Origin: a virus
Taxonomy: Duplodnaviria > Caudoviricetes
Direction: 5' to 3' (one strand)
DNA length: 64,000 bases
Virus record (IMG/VR): IMGVR_UViG_3300037762_000184
Location: 19,653 to 83,652 of that record
Both the position numbers and the translations under genes were made by a program. This document shows positions 35,935-45,377 of the stretch, piece after piece. The notes beneath the pieces are model-generated. The model had not been told where the DNA came from, made no database searches, and saw only the letters and a list, made by a program, of their open reading frames with translations. The stretch's first letter is position 1, and each line of letters opens with the position of its first letter.

Positions 35935-36140
35935 CCGGACTCGACTTATTGCGCCGCGTCTTCATCCCTCGGGAGCTTCCGGTGGCGGAGGGCGGCAGCG
36001 TCTTCCGGACGATCGACGGGCAGACCTATCGCCGGATGGCTGACGGTTCGATTCGGCGCCACCCGCCGAAGGTGAACTGCAAGGCGGCGAAGCGGGCGCG
36101 GCTCAAGGCCCGGCGAGCAGCGGAGGTGGCATGCGTCTGA
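35931..36140 (+). CDS. hypothetical protein
   Basis: Coupled overlaps. Confidence 0.5.
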   Translation: MTGLDLLRRVFIPRELPVAEGGSVFRTIDGQTYRRMADGSIRRHPPKVNCKAAKRARLKARRAAEVACV

Positions 36141-38641
36141 TTTTCGTGGGCGACTCGCCGACGGTGGACACCGGATTTTCGCGTTGCACCCGCGCGGCCT
36201 GCGCCGAGCTTCACAACGCCGGCCATGAGGTCCACGTCCTCGGCATCAATGAAAGCGGCGACCCGCACGACTATCCGTATCCGATCTATCCGCCGCGGAG
36301 CTTACGGGACCGCTCCCGTAGCGCGTTCGGCATGGATCGGCTGCCTGCGCTCTCGGCACGCCTAAAGCCTGACGTGGTGGTTCTGCTCACGGACCCGTGG
36401 CACGTCCCCGCGTACCTCGCCGCATTCGAGGACGCCGGGGTGGAGTGCCCGCCGATGGTCGCGTGGCTGGCGGTGGATTCCAAGAACCACCCGAACAGCG
36501 CGGAGTTGAACCCACTCGCTCACATCGTGACCTGGACGCAATTTGCGCAGGATCAGCTGCGTGCTGGTGGCTACACCGGGCCGGCCTCCATCGTGCCGCT
36601 CGGCGTGGATACTTCGCTCTTTTACCCACGCGATCGCGCTGCCGCCCGCGCTGAGCTGCGGGCCATCAGTGGCGCCGAAGTCTTCGGGCCGGAGGATTAC
36701 ATCGTCGGATATGTGGGAAGGAACCAATCGCGCAAACGAGTAGATTTGCTGATCGGTTACTTCGCCGAATGGATCACCCGCTACAACATCCGTGACGCCT
36801 ATCTCTACCTCAAGGTGGCGCCGACAGGGGAGTCAGGGTGTGACATCCGCAGCGTCGCCACCTACTACGGCAAGGCGGTGGAAGGCCGCCTGCTGGTGTC
36901 CGCACCGCCGGCCGGATTCGGCGCTCCCGACGACCTCATGCCGCTCGTTTACAGCGCGATGGACGTGTATCTCACCACCACGCAGGGCGAGGGCTGGGGC
37001 CTTTGCGTCAGCCCCGACACACTGATTCAGACTCCGCAGGGTGCCCTCCCGATGCGCGACATTTCGTCCGGCGACCGGGTGATGACTCAGGACGGATCGT
37101 TCCATGACGTGCGCGCAAAGATCACGCGCGAGGACGAGGTGATGCGGGTCAAGGTCGCCGGATCGCCAGCACTGACGGTGACGCCGCAGCATCCGTTCCT
37201 GGTCTTGCCGCGGCGCTCTGCTCCGCAGGACTACTACCGACGGCATCCCGAGGCGCCGCGCTGGACCCGCGCTGACGAGTTGCGCGAGGGTGATCTGGTG
37301 GCTTGCCCTCGCCCTCCGTGGTCTGACTCTTTACCCGACTCCTTTGATCTTGCCGAAGCCGCCGACTCGCGCACGAAGATGGACGAGGACGCGATCTGGC
37401 ACCCCATGGGATTCTCGCCCCGTGACCGACGGCAGTCCCTGTCTGCGATCGCGGCCACTCATGGCGTTTCTAGTCGCGTTGCCGAGGACGCCGTGGCGTT
37501 CGCGAACGGGTCAGCCACGCCGGTGCGCGCGCAGTCGGCGTCCCGCGCCCTTGCCGAGACGCTCGGTCCGATGCCGAAGGCACAGCCGGTCAAGCTCTGT
37601 CGCCGGGTGCCGGTCAACGCGCGAACCTTGGAGTTGCTCGGCTGGTTCCTTGCTGAGGGCTCGACGGGAGGCGGGAACAGGGTCGAGATTGACCTGCACG
37701 CGCGCGAGCTGCCGGTCGCCGAACGCCTCGCTGAAACCTTCCTGACCGCATTCGGTGCCGAAGCGACCATCGAGCGCAACGGCCCGAACAAGTGCCGGGT
37801 CCGTGTCTGCTCAACGCTGCTTGCCCGATGGTTTCGCCAAATGTGCGGCAACGGTGCGCGTAACAAGAGGTTATCCCCCGCGCTCTGGCGTAGCGCGGCC
37901 CATCTCGGACCGCTGGTCGCTGCATACTTCCGCGGAGACGGCTACTGGCAAGGTAACGGGTGGCGGGTGACGACGGCCTCTACCGACCTCGCTTGGCAGA
38001 TCCGCATGGTGCTAGCCGCGGTCGGTATCCACGCGTCGGTCCGCAGGCTTTCGCGTGAGCGGGCGTGGGCGGTCGATGTCTGCGGTGCGCCGGCAGAACG
38101 GTTCTCTCAGTGGTGCGGGCTACCAACGCGAGCGGACCGTACTCGCAAGGCGGGGAAGACAGCCCTCACCCGCGAAGACTTCATCTTCGTTCCGGTGCGG
38201 AAGATTCACAGGACCGGCGAGCGCTCTGTGGTGATGGACATCGAGGTGGACAGCGTCCATAGCTTTGTCGGTGCTGGCGTGATCCTTCACAACACGACTC
38301 ACGAGGCGATGGCGTGTGGGGTTCCGTGCATCGTGCCGGACTGGTCGGCCCTCGGGGAGTGGACGGAGGACGCGGCGATCAAGGTCCCGTGTACCTCGAC
38401 GGCTCTCACGGCACCGCTGAATCAGTTCCCCTACACCATCGGCGGGGTGCCGGACAAGGAAGCGACCATCGCGGCCCTGCATGCCCTCTATTCGAGCCGG
38501 GAGCTGCGCGACGAGCACCGCGAGCGAGGACTGGCGCTGACGGCGCGCCCGGAGTACCAGTGGAGCAACGTGGGCGTGGCCTTCCGCGAGACGCTGGAGC
38601 GGGTGCTGGAGCCCGCGGCTGCCGGTGAGGTGGCCGCCTGA
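36131..38641 (+). CDS. glycosyltransferase family 4, intein-containing
   Basis: TGFSR, VGRNQSRKR, EGWGL|TTHEAMACG after splicing. Confidence 0.9.
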   Translation: MRLIFVGDSPTVDTGFSRCTRAACAELHNAGHEVHVLGINESGDPHDYPYPIYPPRSLRDRSRSAFGMDRLPALSARLKPDVVVLLTDPWHVPAYLAAFEDAGVECPPMVAWLAVDSKNHPNSAELNPLAHIVTWTQFAQDQLRAGGYTGPASIVPLGVDTSLFYPRDRAAARAELRAISGAEVFGPEDYIVGYVGRNQSRKRVDLLIGYFAEWITRYNIRDAYLYLKVAPTGESGCDIRSVATYYGKAVEGRLLVSAPPAGFGAPDDLMPLVYSAMDVYLTTTQGEGWGLCVSPDTLIQTPQGALPMRDISSGDRVMTQDGSFHDVRAKITREDEVMRVKVAGSPALTVTPQHPFLVLPRRSAPQDYYRRHPEAPRWTRADELREGDLVACPRPPWSDSLPDSFDLAEAADSRTKMDEDAIWHPMGFSPRDRRQSLSAIAATHGVSSRVAEDAVAFANGSATPVRAQSASRALAETLGPMPKAQPVKLCRRVPVNARTLELLGWFLAEGSTGGGNRVEIDLHARELPVAERLAETFLTAFGAEATIERNGPNKCRVRVCSTLLARWFRQMCGNGARNKRLSPALWRSAAHLGPLVAAYFRGDGYWQGNGWRVTTASTDLAWQIRMVLAAVGIHASVRRLSRERAWAVDVCGAPAERFSQWCGLPTRADRTRKAGKTALTREDFIFVPVRKIHRTGERSVVMDIEVDSVHSFVGAGVILHNTTHEAMACGVPCIVPDWSALGEWTEDAAIKVPCTSTALTAPLNQFPYTIGGVPDKEATIAALHALYSSRELRDEHRERGLALTARPEYQWSNVGVAFRETLERVLEPAAAGEVAA
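37004..38293 (+). mobile_element. intein (430 aa) with LAGLIDADG endonuclease
   Basis: CVSPDT start, VTPQHPF, LLGWFLAEGS and AAYFRGDG motifs, ILHN|T end. Confidence 0.9.
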
Positions 38642-39021
38642 TGGCCAACCCCGGATTCAAGCTTCGCGGGACGAAGGCGATGCAGCGCAAGATCGAGCGC
38701 ATCGCCCGCGACTTCCCGAACAAGGCTGAGGGCGCCTTGCGTGTCGAGGCAGAGGTCATCAAGACCGTGTCTCAGCGCGACTTCGTGCCGGTCAAGGAAG
38801 GCATTCTTAGGGGCAGCGCATTCGTCAGCCCTGTCGAGCGGAAGGGCAATGAGATTTCCGTCACCATCGGCTACGGTGGAGCGGCGAAAGATTATGCCCT
38901 ACGCCAGCACGAGGAACCCAGCTACAAGCACAAGGTCGGTTCGTGGAAGTACTTGGAGCTACCGCTCCGAGCAGCCATCCCCGGCATGGCCGAGCGCATC
39001 GCGGCGAAGGTTAAGGTATGA
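38641..39021 (+). CDS. HK97 gp10-like neck/tail protein
   Basis: VPVKEGILRGS, YALRQHE, KYLE.P. Confidence 0.8.
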   Translation: MANPGFKLRGTKAMQRKIERIARDFPNKAEGALRVEAEVIKTVSQRDFVPVKEGILRGSAFVSPVERKGNEISVTIGYGGAAKDYALRQHEEPSYKHKVGSWKYLELPLRAAIPGMAERIAAKVKV

Positions 39022-39422
39022 CCAAGTACCTCGAAATCCTCGCCGTGCAACGCCCCTTTTCCGTCGGCGTTGACGAGCAGGACCGCACGATGTTCAGCGC
39101 GAACTACGAAGCGCTGGCGAAGGCCCCGGTGAATCAGTGGGAAGAGGAGATTGTGAAGATCCTCAGCACCGCCGGGCTTGCCACGCTCGGAACCGACACC
39201 TTCGTCGGCCAAGCGGCCGCTGTGCCGACTGGAAACGGTCCATTCCTTCTAGTCCTCGACTCGGGCGGTACGACTCCGCTCGAAACCCATGGCAGTTCTG
39301 TCTACGAGCGGCTGAGTGCGCAGCTCGTGGTGAGAGCAAAGAGTTACGCCGTCGCCAGGACCCGAGCGCTCGCATGTTGGCGTGCGCTGCATGGCGTCAG
39401 GAACCAAACAGTGACGGCCTAG
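39018..39422 (+). CDS. tail completion/terminator protein
   Basis: Synteny; Q.VVRA..Y..A...A. Confidence 0.65.
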   Translation: MTKYLEILAVQRPFSVGVDEQDRTMFSANYEALAKAPVNQWEEEIVKILSTAGLATLGTDTFVGQAAAVPTGNGPFLLVLDSGGTTPLETHGSSVYERLSAQLVVRAKSYAVARTRALACWRALHGVRNQTVTA

Positions 39423-39447
39423 CCGTCCGCACAAGAAGGAGAAAGCG

Positions 39448-39918
39448 ATGAGCAGCGCCGACAGTGGTCACAATGCAACGATCGCGGTAGAGCTGGGCAC
39501 GCCGCCCGTCAGCGGCGTCTGGACCAACATCCCGGAGTTGATGGGCGACCTCAAGGGGTTCTCCGGAACGCGCGCGGTGACTAAGTTCACGCCGCACGGA
39601 GAGAACATCAACTCGGCGGTCACGGGTCCGATCGAGCGAAACTCGTCGAGCTTCACCCTCAACTTCGACCCGAACGACGCGACGCACCTCGCCCTCCGCG
39701 CCGCCTTCTTCGCGCCGCTCAAGGTCAACCGCCTGCGCGGCTGGCGGTATTGGGGGCCGGCCGGCTCCGCTGGCGTGGACGAGGTGATCCAGTCGGGCGA
39801 GATCGTCGAGTGGGATGACACCGCTCCCGAAGGCGCCGGCATCCGGCAGGTCGCGGTGATGGTCGAGTTCAGCAAGCAGGCGAAGATCGACGGCGTGCTC
39901 CACGGGACCGCCGCGTAG
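39448..39918 (+). CDS. major tail (tube) protein
   Basis: FTLNFDP..ATH; synteny. Confidence 0.75.
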   Translation: MSSADSGHNATIAVELGTPPVSGVWTNIPELMGDLKGFSGTRAVTKFTPHGENINSAVTGPIERNSSSFTLNFDPNDATHLALRAAFFAPLKVNRLRGWRYWGPAGSAGVDEVIQSGEIVEWDDTAPEGAGIRQVAVMVEFSKQAKIDGVLHGTAA

Positions 39919-39957
39919 TTCAACGCAGCCCTTACATGAACGAGAGGGAGTGAACCA

Positions 39958-40338
39958 ATGACGGCCAAGAAGACGAGAAAGCTGCTCACCAGCGCGGACC
40001 TGCGCGAGAGCGGCAAGAAGCTGACGGAACTGGAGGTCAAGGACGGCGAGGACGTGCTGGGGGTCGTCTTCGTGCGGCAGATTCCGGCAAGCGTCATCCT
40101 CGATTACAAGGAGAACACCGACAACAAGGAGGGCACGGTCGACCTCATCCACGTTGGCATCGCTGACCACGAAGGTAATGCGTTGTTCGCCGACAAGGCT
40201 GAGATCAGAGAGCTCCCGCTGGCCCTCTTCGGCGCCCTGTCGAAGGCGGTCAATGAGCAACTCAAGGTGCTCCAGGGAGGAGAAGACAAGGGAAACGCCT
40301 CCGGCGAAGCGGTGACCGCCGCTTCGCCTACCGCTTAG
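39958..40338 (+). CDS. tail assembly chaperone (G)
   Basis: Between the tail tube and tape measure genes; carries the slippery site. Confidence 0.8.
   Translation: MTAKKTRKLLTSADLRESGKKLTELEVKDGEDVLGVVFVRQIPASVILDYKENTDNKEGTVDLIHVGIADHEGNALFADKAEIRELPLALFGALSKAVNEQLKVLQGGEDKGNASGEAVTAASPTA
40290..40296 (+). other. -1 ribosomal frameshift site G GGA AAC
   Basis: In-phase XXXYYYZ; the -1 frame stays open into RRFAYRLALHLGRWDVDAML. Confidence 0.9.
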
Positions 40339-40655
40339 CGCTTCACTTGGGGAGGTGGGACGTGGACGCGATGCTGGCGGAGATGCCGTGGGAGGCGTTC
40401 CAGGAGTGGCGGGAGTATGACCGCCTGGAGCCTTTCGGCGAGGAGCGGGGAGACCTGCGTGCCGGCATCATCGCGTCCACGATCGCCAACGCCAACCGAG
40501 GCAAGAAAACGAAGCCGTTCAAGCCGGCCGACTTCATGCCGGACTTTCTGCGCGTGATTGAACCGCCGAAGCCGATGTCCGCAGCGGAGTTCCGGGTTGC
40601 GTTCGATGGCTTCAAAGAGATGGTGCGCGCGACGGCGGGGGCGCCCGCGGCGTAG
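40290..40655 (+). CDS. tail assembly chaperone frameshift extension (GT)
   Basis: EW..YDRLEPFGEERGDLRAGIIAS. Confidence 0.85.
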   Translation, partial: GKRLRRSGDRRFAYRLALHLGRWDVDAMLAEMPWEAFQEWREYDRLEPFGEERGDLRAGIIASTIANANRGKKTKPFKPADFMPDFLRVIEPPKPMSAAEFRVAFDGFKEMVRATAGAPAA

Positions 40656-40658
40656 ACG

Positions 40659-43600
40659 ATGGCGAATATCGGCACCGTTGAAGGCGTACTGCGGCTCAAG
40701 GATGAATTCACATCCAAGCTGAACGCCGCTGCGTTTCAACTCGAAAAGCAGGGCAAGCGGATGGAAAAGGTTGGCCGCCAGATGTCTGATATCGGCAGCC
40801 AGCTCACCCGCTCTCTAACGCTGCCATTGGCCGCCATCGGCGGTGTCGCGGTTAAGTCCTTCGCCGACTTCGACGGCGCGATGAATAAGTCACTCGCGAT
40901 CATGGGGGACGTCTCGGAGACATTGCGTAGCGAGATGACCTCGGCCGCGCGCAAAATGGCGACGCAGTCCGTCTTCTCTGCCAAGCAAGCCGCAGAGTCG
41001 TATTTTTTCCTCGCGTCAGCGGGCCTGGACGCCCAGACGTCTATCGCTGCGCTGCCGACGGTAACTAGTTTCGCGCAGGCCGGCATGTTCGATATGGCTC
41101 TAGCGACAGACCTGTTGACCGACGCGCAATCAGCGCTAGGTCTAACCATCCGCGATGACGCCATCAGAAACATGGAGAACATGGTCAGGGTCAGCGACGT
41201 ATTGGTTAAGGCCAATACTCTCGCCAATGCTACAGTGCATCAGTTCTCCGAATCGCTAACCAGCGAGGCTGGCGCGGCGCTGAAGTCGTTCGGCATCGAC
41301 GTCGAAGAGGGTGTAGCCGTGCTGGCCGCCTTCGCCGACCAGGGCGTTAAAGGGCAGGTGGCTGGCACCAGCCTGTCACGTATTCTCCGGATGATGACCT
41401 CGGCGGCAGTAAATAACTCTGAAGCTTACAAGCGGATGCGCGTTGAGGTTTTCGACGCCGGCGGAAATATCAAAAACATGGCTGACGTTGTCGCCGACCT
41501 TGAGCGAGCGCTCGGCGACCTTTCGGATGAGCAGAGAGTTGCAGCGCTTGAGACTCTAGGGTTCCAGGCGCGAATTCAGGGCGTGATCTTGCCGCTGCTC
41601 GGCACCTCGGACGCTATTCGCCAATACGAAAAAGGAATCCGTAGCGCCAGCGGGATTACCGAGGAGGTGGCCAACAAGCAGCTCCAAGCTTTCGGCGCTC
41701 GGATGGGACTGGTCAAAGATCAGATTCTAGACGTTGCTATTACGCTAGGAGAATCTCTTGCGCCCTCAATCGAGGGATTCGCTAGAAATATTGTCGTGCC
41801 GGCGACCAAGGCCCTGGCGGCGCTAGCCGGATCTTTCGCGCAACTGCCGGGCGTAGCTAAAGTCGTCGTCGTGGCTGTGGGCGCACTCGCCGCCGCCATC
41901 GGCCCGGCCCTTTTCGTCACCGGCCAGCTCATCACCGCGTGGGGAACCTTAATTACCACGGCGCCACGAGTGGCTGCCGCGATCAAGCTGGTCACCGTCT
42001 CTATGCAGGCGATGGCGACGCTCGGCGTTGCCGTCGCCGTCGTGGCGATCAACCATTTGATCACCAAGTGGGGCGAAGCGTCGGAAGCGGCGATGAAGTA
42101 TCACCGCGAATCGAGCCAGGCGCTCGGGATCACGAAGCGGTTGATGGACGAATCACGGGCGGGGGAGGGCATCGTCTCGGCCGCAACGTTCGCCGAAGGC
42201 AAGGAAGAGCTGGCGCGCGTCACCGCCGAGATCAAGCGGATGGAGGCGCAGGTCTCCCGGACGAAGCAAGCGATGGACGCCTCCATTCGCGACCCGGACG
42301 CATGGGCAAGGCTCGTGCCGGTGCTCGATAAGCAGGTCAAGGCGCTGCGGGAGGCCGAGCAGCGCTTCATCCCGCTGTCGAACATCCTGGACAAGGTGGA
42401 CGTGGCGGCGGGCGCTGCAAGCGAGTCGCTAGAGGGCGTACCGCCGACGGGGGTCATACCCAACGTCGAGGCGCTGACCGACGCTCTACAGCGGCAGCTC
42501 TCCGCTCTGAGCGCTGTTCTCGACCCGCTGGTCAACATGCGGGACCAGTACGCAGCCCTCCGGGAGCAGCTGGTAGCTACCGAGCTTGCGGCGACTGAGG
42601 AGGATCTTCGCCGGATCGCCAAGGCGCTGGAGCTGGGGCTGGCGCCGATGCAGGCCATGGAGGGAGCGACGCGAGCGTATCTTGACGAGCTGCTGGCTGT
42701 GGACGATGCTCTCGCCGCCACCGAACAGGCGATCCGCGACATGGGGGAGGCGCTCGTTCGCGAGCACACCATGCCGACGATCGAGGCGCCGGCGGTGACG
42801 TTTGACGATTGGATTTTCAGCGACGCCTTCATTGACGAGCTAACCCGGCGGTACAACCAACTGTTCGAAGTCGACCTCAAGGCGATTCACGAGAACTACC
42901 TGCGCGGCTTGCAGTCGGCGTTTTCTAGCACCTTCCGCGAGCTTCTCTCCGGCGAAGAGGTGGAGTTCCGAGACTTCTTCCAGTCCATCGCCGACGTGGG
43001 CGCCGCGATCATCGCCGAGCAGATCGGGGCCGCACTGACCAAGGCTCTGAGTGGTCAGGCCGGCGCGTGGAAGGACATGACGAAGTTCTTCAATTCGGCG
43101 GTAGGTCAGGCTACAGCATGGTTAAGCGTGGTCAACACTATTTCCGCCGCCTCCAATACTGGTTATGCAATCGCTGGGGCGGCGATCGGTGCCATAGTTG
43201 GAGGAATCGCAGCGGGAGCTGTGAGCGGTGGCATGGGGGCGCCGGCGGGGGCGGCTCTCGGCGCTCAAATTGGCGCGTGGCTCGGGTCGATGATCAAGCA
43301 CGGCTCCCCGGAGTTCTTCGGCGCGATCTCGGCGGAGCTTGGGAAGGTTGACATTGGCGGGAAGCTGGGCGAAGTCGCCAAGGGTCTCGGGACCGACATC
43401 GCCGCCGCCGTTCAGCGCATTATGGACGCCCTCGGCGCGGAGTTGGAGTCGATCGGTGAGGGCATCAAGCTGAAGATGAAGGACGACAAGTTGTCGGTGA
43501 TTGTCGACGGTGACGAGTTCCGCTTTAAGGACAAGATCGAGCAGGGCATTTCGTTCGCCATCGCCGAGGCTTTGAAGCGTGCCGAGATCAGCGGGATTTC

Positions 43601-45377
43601 CGAAGAGGCCAAGGCGGCGCTCGCCAACACGGTTGGCGACTCGGTCGAGGAGATTCTTTCCGACCTCGACTTCGCCCGGTTCATCGAACAGCTTGGTCTG
43701 ACCGATAGCGCCCGCGCCCTGGACGATTTTGTCGATCAGTTCCGCATCACATGGAACCGCATGGTCGCCCTTGGAATTGATGGGGCCGAGCGGCTGGGAG
43801 CGTGGGCGGTCAAGACTCTGGAGGCTCAGCGCAACGCCATCCTCGGGATCGAAGAGACGGTAGAGGAGCGCATCCGCCGGGAAGCCGAAGGGTGGCAGCA
43901 ACAGAAGGTTCTGATTGAGGCGGAGGCCCTGCTGCGCAAACTGGACCTAGAGCAGCGCGCCGCCGCCCTGCGCGTCGAGGCCGAGCAACTCCGGGCCAAG
44001 CTCGAAATGAGCAAGGCTTCGATGGATCTCGACCGCCTGATGCTGGAGGCCGGGTGGGAGTTGCTAAGCGCCGAGGCAGCGATGCTCAGTACGGTATTGC
44101 AGCAGCTCGCGTTGGTACAGGGTGCGATTGCCGGCCTGGACGCGATGCTAGATGCGCTGAGCAAGACCTTGGACATCACAGAGAAGGACATTCAGGACGC
44201 GATCAGGCGCGCGCGCGGGGGCGGCGGCGGACAGAGGAAAGCGGATCAAGAGCGACTGAATGACCTGTTGGCCGCGTCGCTCATGGCGTCCCTACCGGAT
44301 GTTGCGCGATCGCTCGCCGAGGTCAACAAGAAGTTTGATGATGCAGCGTCCCTCGCCCACAAGAACGCCGAGATGTTGGACGAGTTGGCAGCGGCCCGCG
44401 AGCGTGAGATCGAAGCTGTCCGCAATAACGTGCGCCAGACCTACTACGACGCCATCGCGCAGGCGCAGGGGCTGTCAGAAATCTGGGGCGTGCTCGACAG
44501 GTTCCGCGACCTTAGCCAAAGCATCCTCGACGCCGGTCTGTCGGCAGAGGAAACGGCGGAGCGGTTGGCGGGCCTCGAATGGGCGGAAGGAATCGAAAAG
44601 CAGAAAATCGAATTCGGCATCGTAGACAAGCTCTTCGGATACCTGTCAGAAAGCGCGCAGTTCGCGGCCCAGGGCGTCGAGTTTGCGCGCATGAAGGTAG
44701 AGTTGGAGTTCGGCATCATGCGGGCGCAGTTGGAGCTGCTCGGGGTCTTCGCTAAGTACGCTGAGATCTTCGACGCTGCTTTTGATGCCGCCATGGAGGC
44801 AGCCAGCGTGATTCCTGATCTCGTGCTGCCGACAACGCAGATCCGCGACAACTTCAACCATGCTCGCGACGCCGCGGCGGCGATGGCAGAGCGACTCGTG
44901 CGCGCAAAAGAGAGCATCTCCGACCTACTGGTCTCGATGGATCAGGGGGGGTTTGGCGGAATCTCCCCGCGGGAAGCACTGGCGAACGTCCTCGCTCAGT
45001 TCCGTTCAGTGCGAGACGCTGCGCGTACCGGCGCGATCGGAGCGGTCGAGCAGTTCCCTGAAACCGCGCGCGCCCTCTTGGATATCGCTCGCCGGTTCGG
45101 CGCTAGCGGCCCCGAGTTTCAAGCGATTTTCGATGAGATCCGCGCCTCCGGCGTGGACCTCCTCGGCCTCACCCAGGCGCGCGAGGGCAACGTCGTGTTC
45201 GATCAGCGGTTCTTCGATCAGCAGGAAGGCCAGACGGACGTGCTGTCGCGCGGCTTTGAGGCCAACAGCGAGGAACAGGCACGGATGCGGCGGGAGCTGG
45301 AGCTGTTGCGCAGCGAGGTTGTAGCCATGCGTCAGGCGTTTGAGGCTGCCGAAGCGGCAGCGGCTAGGGCGGCGTGA
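40659..45377 (+). CDS. tape measure protein (TP901-like)
   Basis: 1572 aa, Ala-rich helical; SLTLPL, FDGAM, GVKGQVAGTSL. Confidence 0.95.
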   Translation: MANIGTVEGVLRLKDEFTSKLNAAAFQLEKQGKRMEKVGRQMSDIGSQLTRSLTLPLAAIGGVAVKSFADFDGAMNKSLAIMGDVSETLRSEMTSAARKMATQSVFSAKQAAESYFFLASAGLDAQTSIAALPTVTSFAQAGMFDMALATDLLTDAQSALGLTIRDDAIRNMENMVRVSDVLVKANTLANATVHQFSESLTSEAGAALKSFGIDVEEGVAVLAAFADQGVKGQVAGTSLSRILRMMTSAAVNNSEAYKRMRVEVFDAGGNIKNMADVVADLERALGDLSDEQRVAALETLGFQARIQGVILPLLGTSDAIRQYEKGIRSASGITEEVANKQLQAFGARMGLVKDQILDVAITLGESLAPSIEGFARNIVVPATKALAALAGSFAQLPGVAKVVVVAVGALAAAIGPALFVTGQLITAWGTLITTAPRVAAAIKLVTVSMQAMATLGVAVAVVAINHLITKWGEASEAAMKYHRESSQALGITKRLMDESRAGEGIVSAATFAEGKEELARVTAEIKRMEAQVSRTKQAMDASIRDPDAWARLVPVLDKQVKALREAEQRFIPLSNILDKVDVAAGAASESLEGVPPTGVIPNVEALTDALQRQLSALSAVLDPLVNMRDQYAALREQLVATELAATEEDLRRIAKALELGLAPMQAMEGATRAYLDELLAVDDALAATEQAIRDMGEALVREHTMPTIEAPAVTFDDWIFSDAFIDELTRRYNQLFEVDLKAIHENYLRGLQSAFSSTFRELLSGEEVEFRDFFQSIADVGAAIIAEQIGAALTKALSGQAGAWKDMTKFFNSAVGQATAWLSVVNTISAASNTGYAIAGAAIGAIVGGIAAGAVSGGMGAPAGAALGAQIGAWLGSMIKHGSPEFFGAISAELGKVDIGGKLGEVAKGLGTDIAAAVQRIMDALGAELESIGEGIKLKMKDDKLSVIVDGDEFRFKDKIEQGISFAIAEALKRAEISGISEEAKAALANTVGDSVEEILSDLDFARFIEQLGLTDSARALDDFVDQFRITWNRMVALGIDGAERLGAWAVKTLEAQRNAILGIEETVEERIRREAEGWQQQKVLIEAEALLRKLDLEQRAAALRVEAEQLRAKLEMSKASMDLDRLMLEAGWELLSAEAAMLSTVLQQLALVQGAIAGLDAMLDALSKTLDITEKDIQDAIRRARGGGGGQRKADQERLNDLLAASLMASLPDVARSLAEVNKKFDDAASLAHKNAEMLDELAAAREREIEAVRNNVRQTYYDAIAQAQGLSEIWGVLDRFRDLSQSILDAGLSAEETAERLAGLEWAEGIEKQKIEFGIVDKLFGYLSESAQFAAQGVEFARMKVELEFGIMRAQLELLGVFAKYAEIFDAAFDAAMEAASVIPDLVLPTTQIRDNFNHARDAAAAMAERLVRAKESISDLLVSMDQGGFGGISPREALANVLAQFRSVRDAARTGAIGAVEQFPETARALLDIARRFGASGPEFQAIFDEIRASGVDLLGLTQAREGNVVFDQRFFDQQEGQTDVLSRGFEANSEEQARMRRELELLRSEVVAMRQAFEAAEAAAARAA

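Noticed and set aside
40290-40296. Tail-chaperone frameshift as a novelty
   Set aside because: Well-established feature of long-tailed phages; listed as a feature only.
44793-44810. Gapped match of the last array unit (AT GA GC GC AG) in the tape measure gene
   Set aside because: Only the first 5 of 10 dinucleotides match, which is expected by chance in 64 kb of GC-rich DNA.
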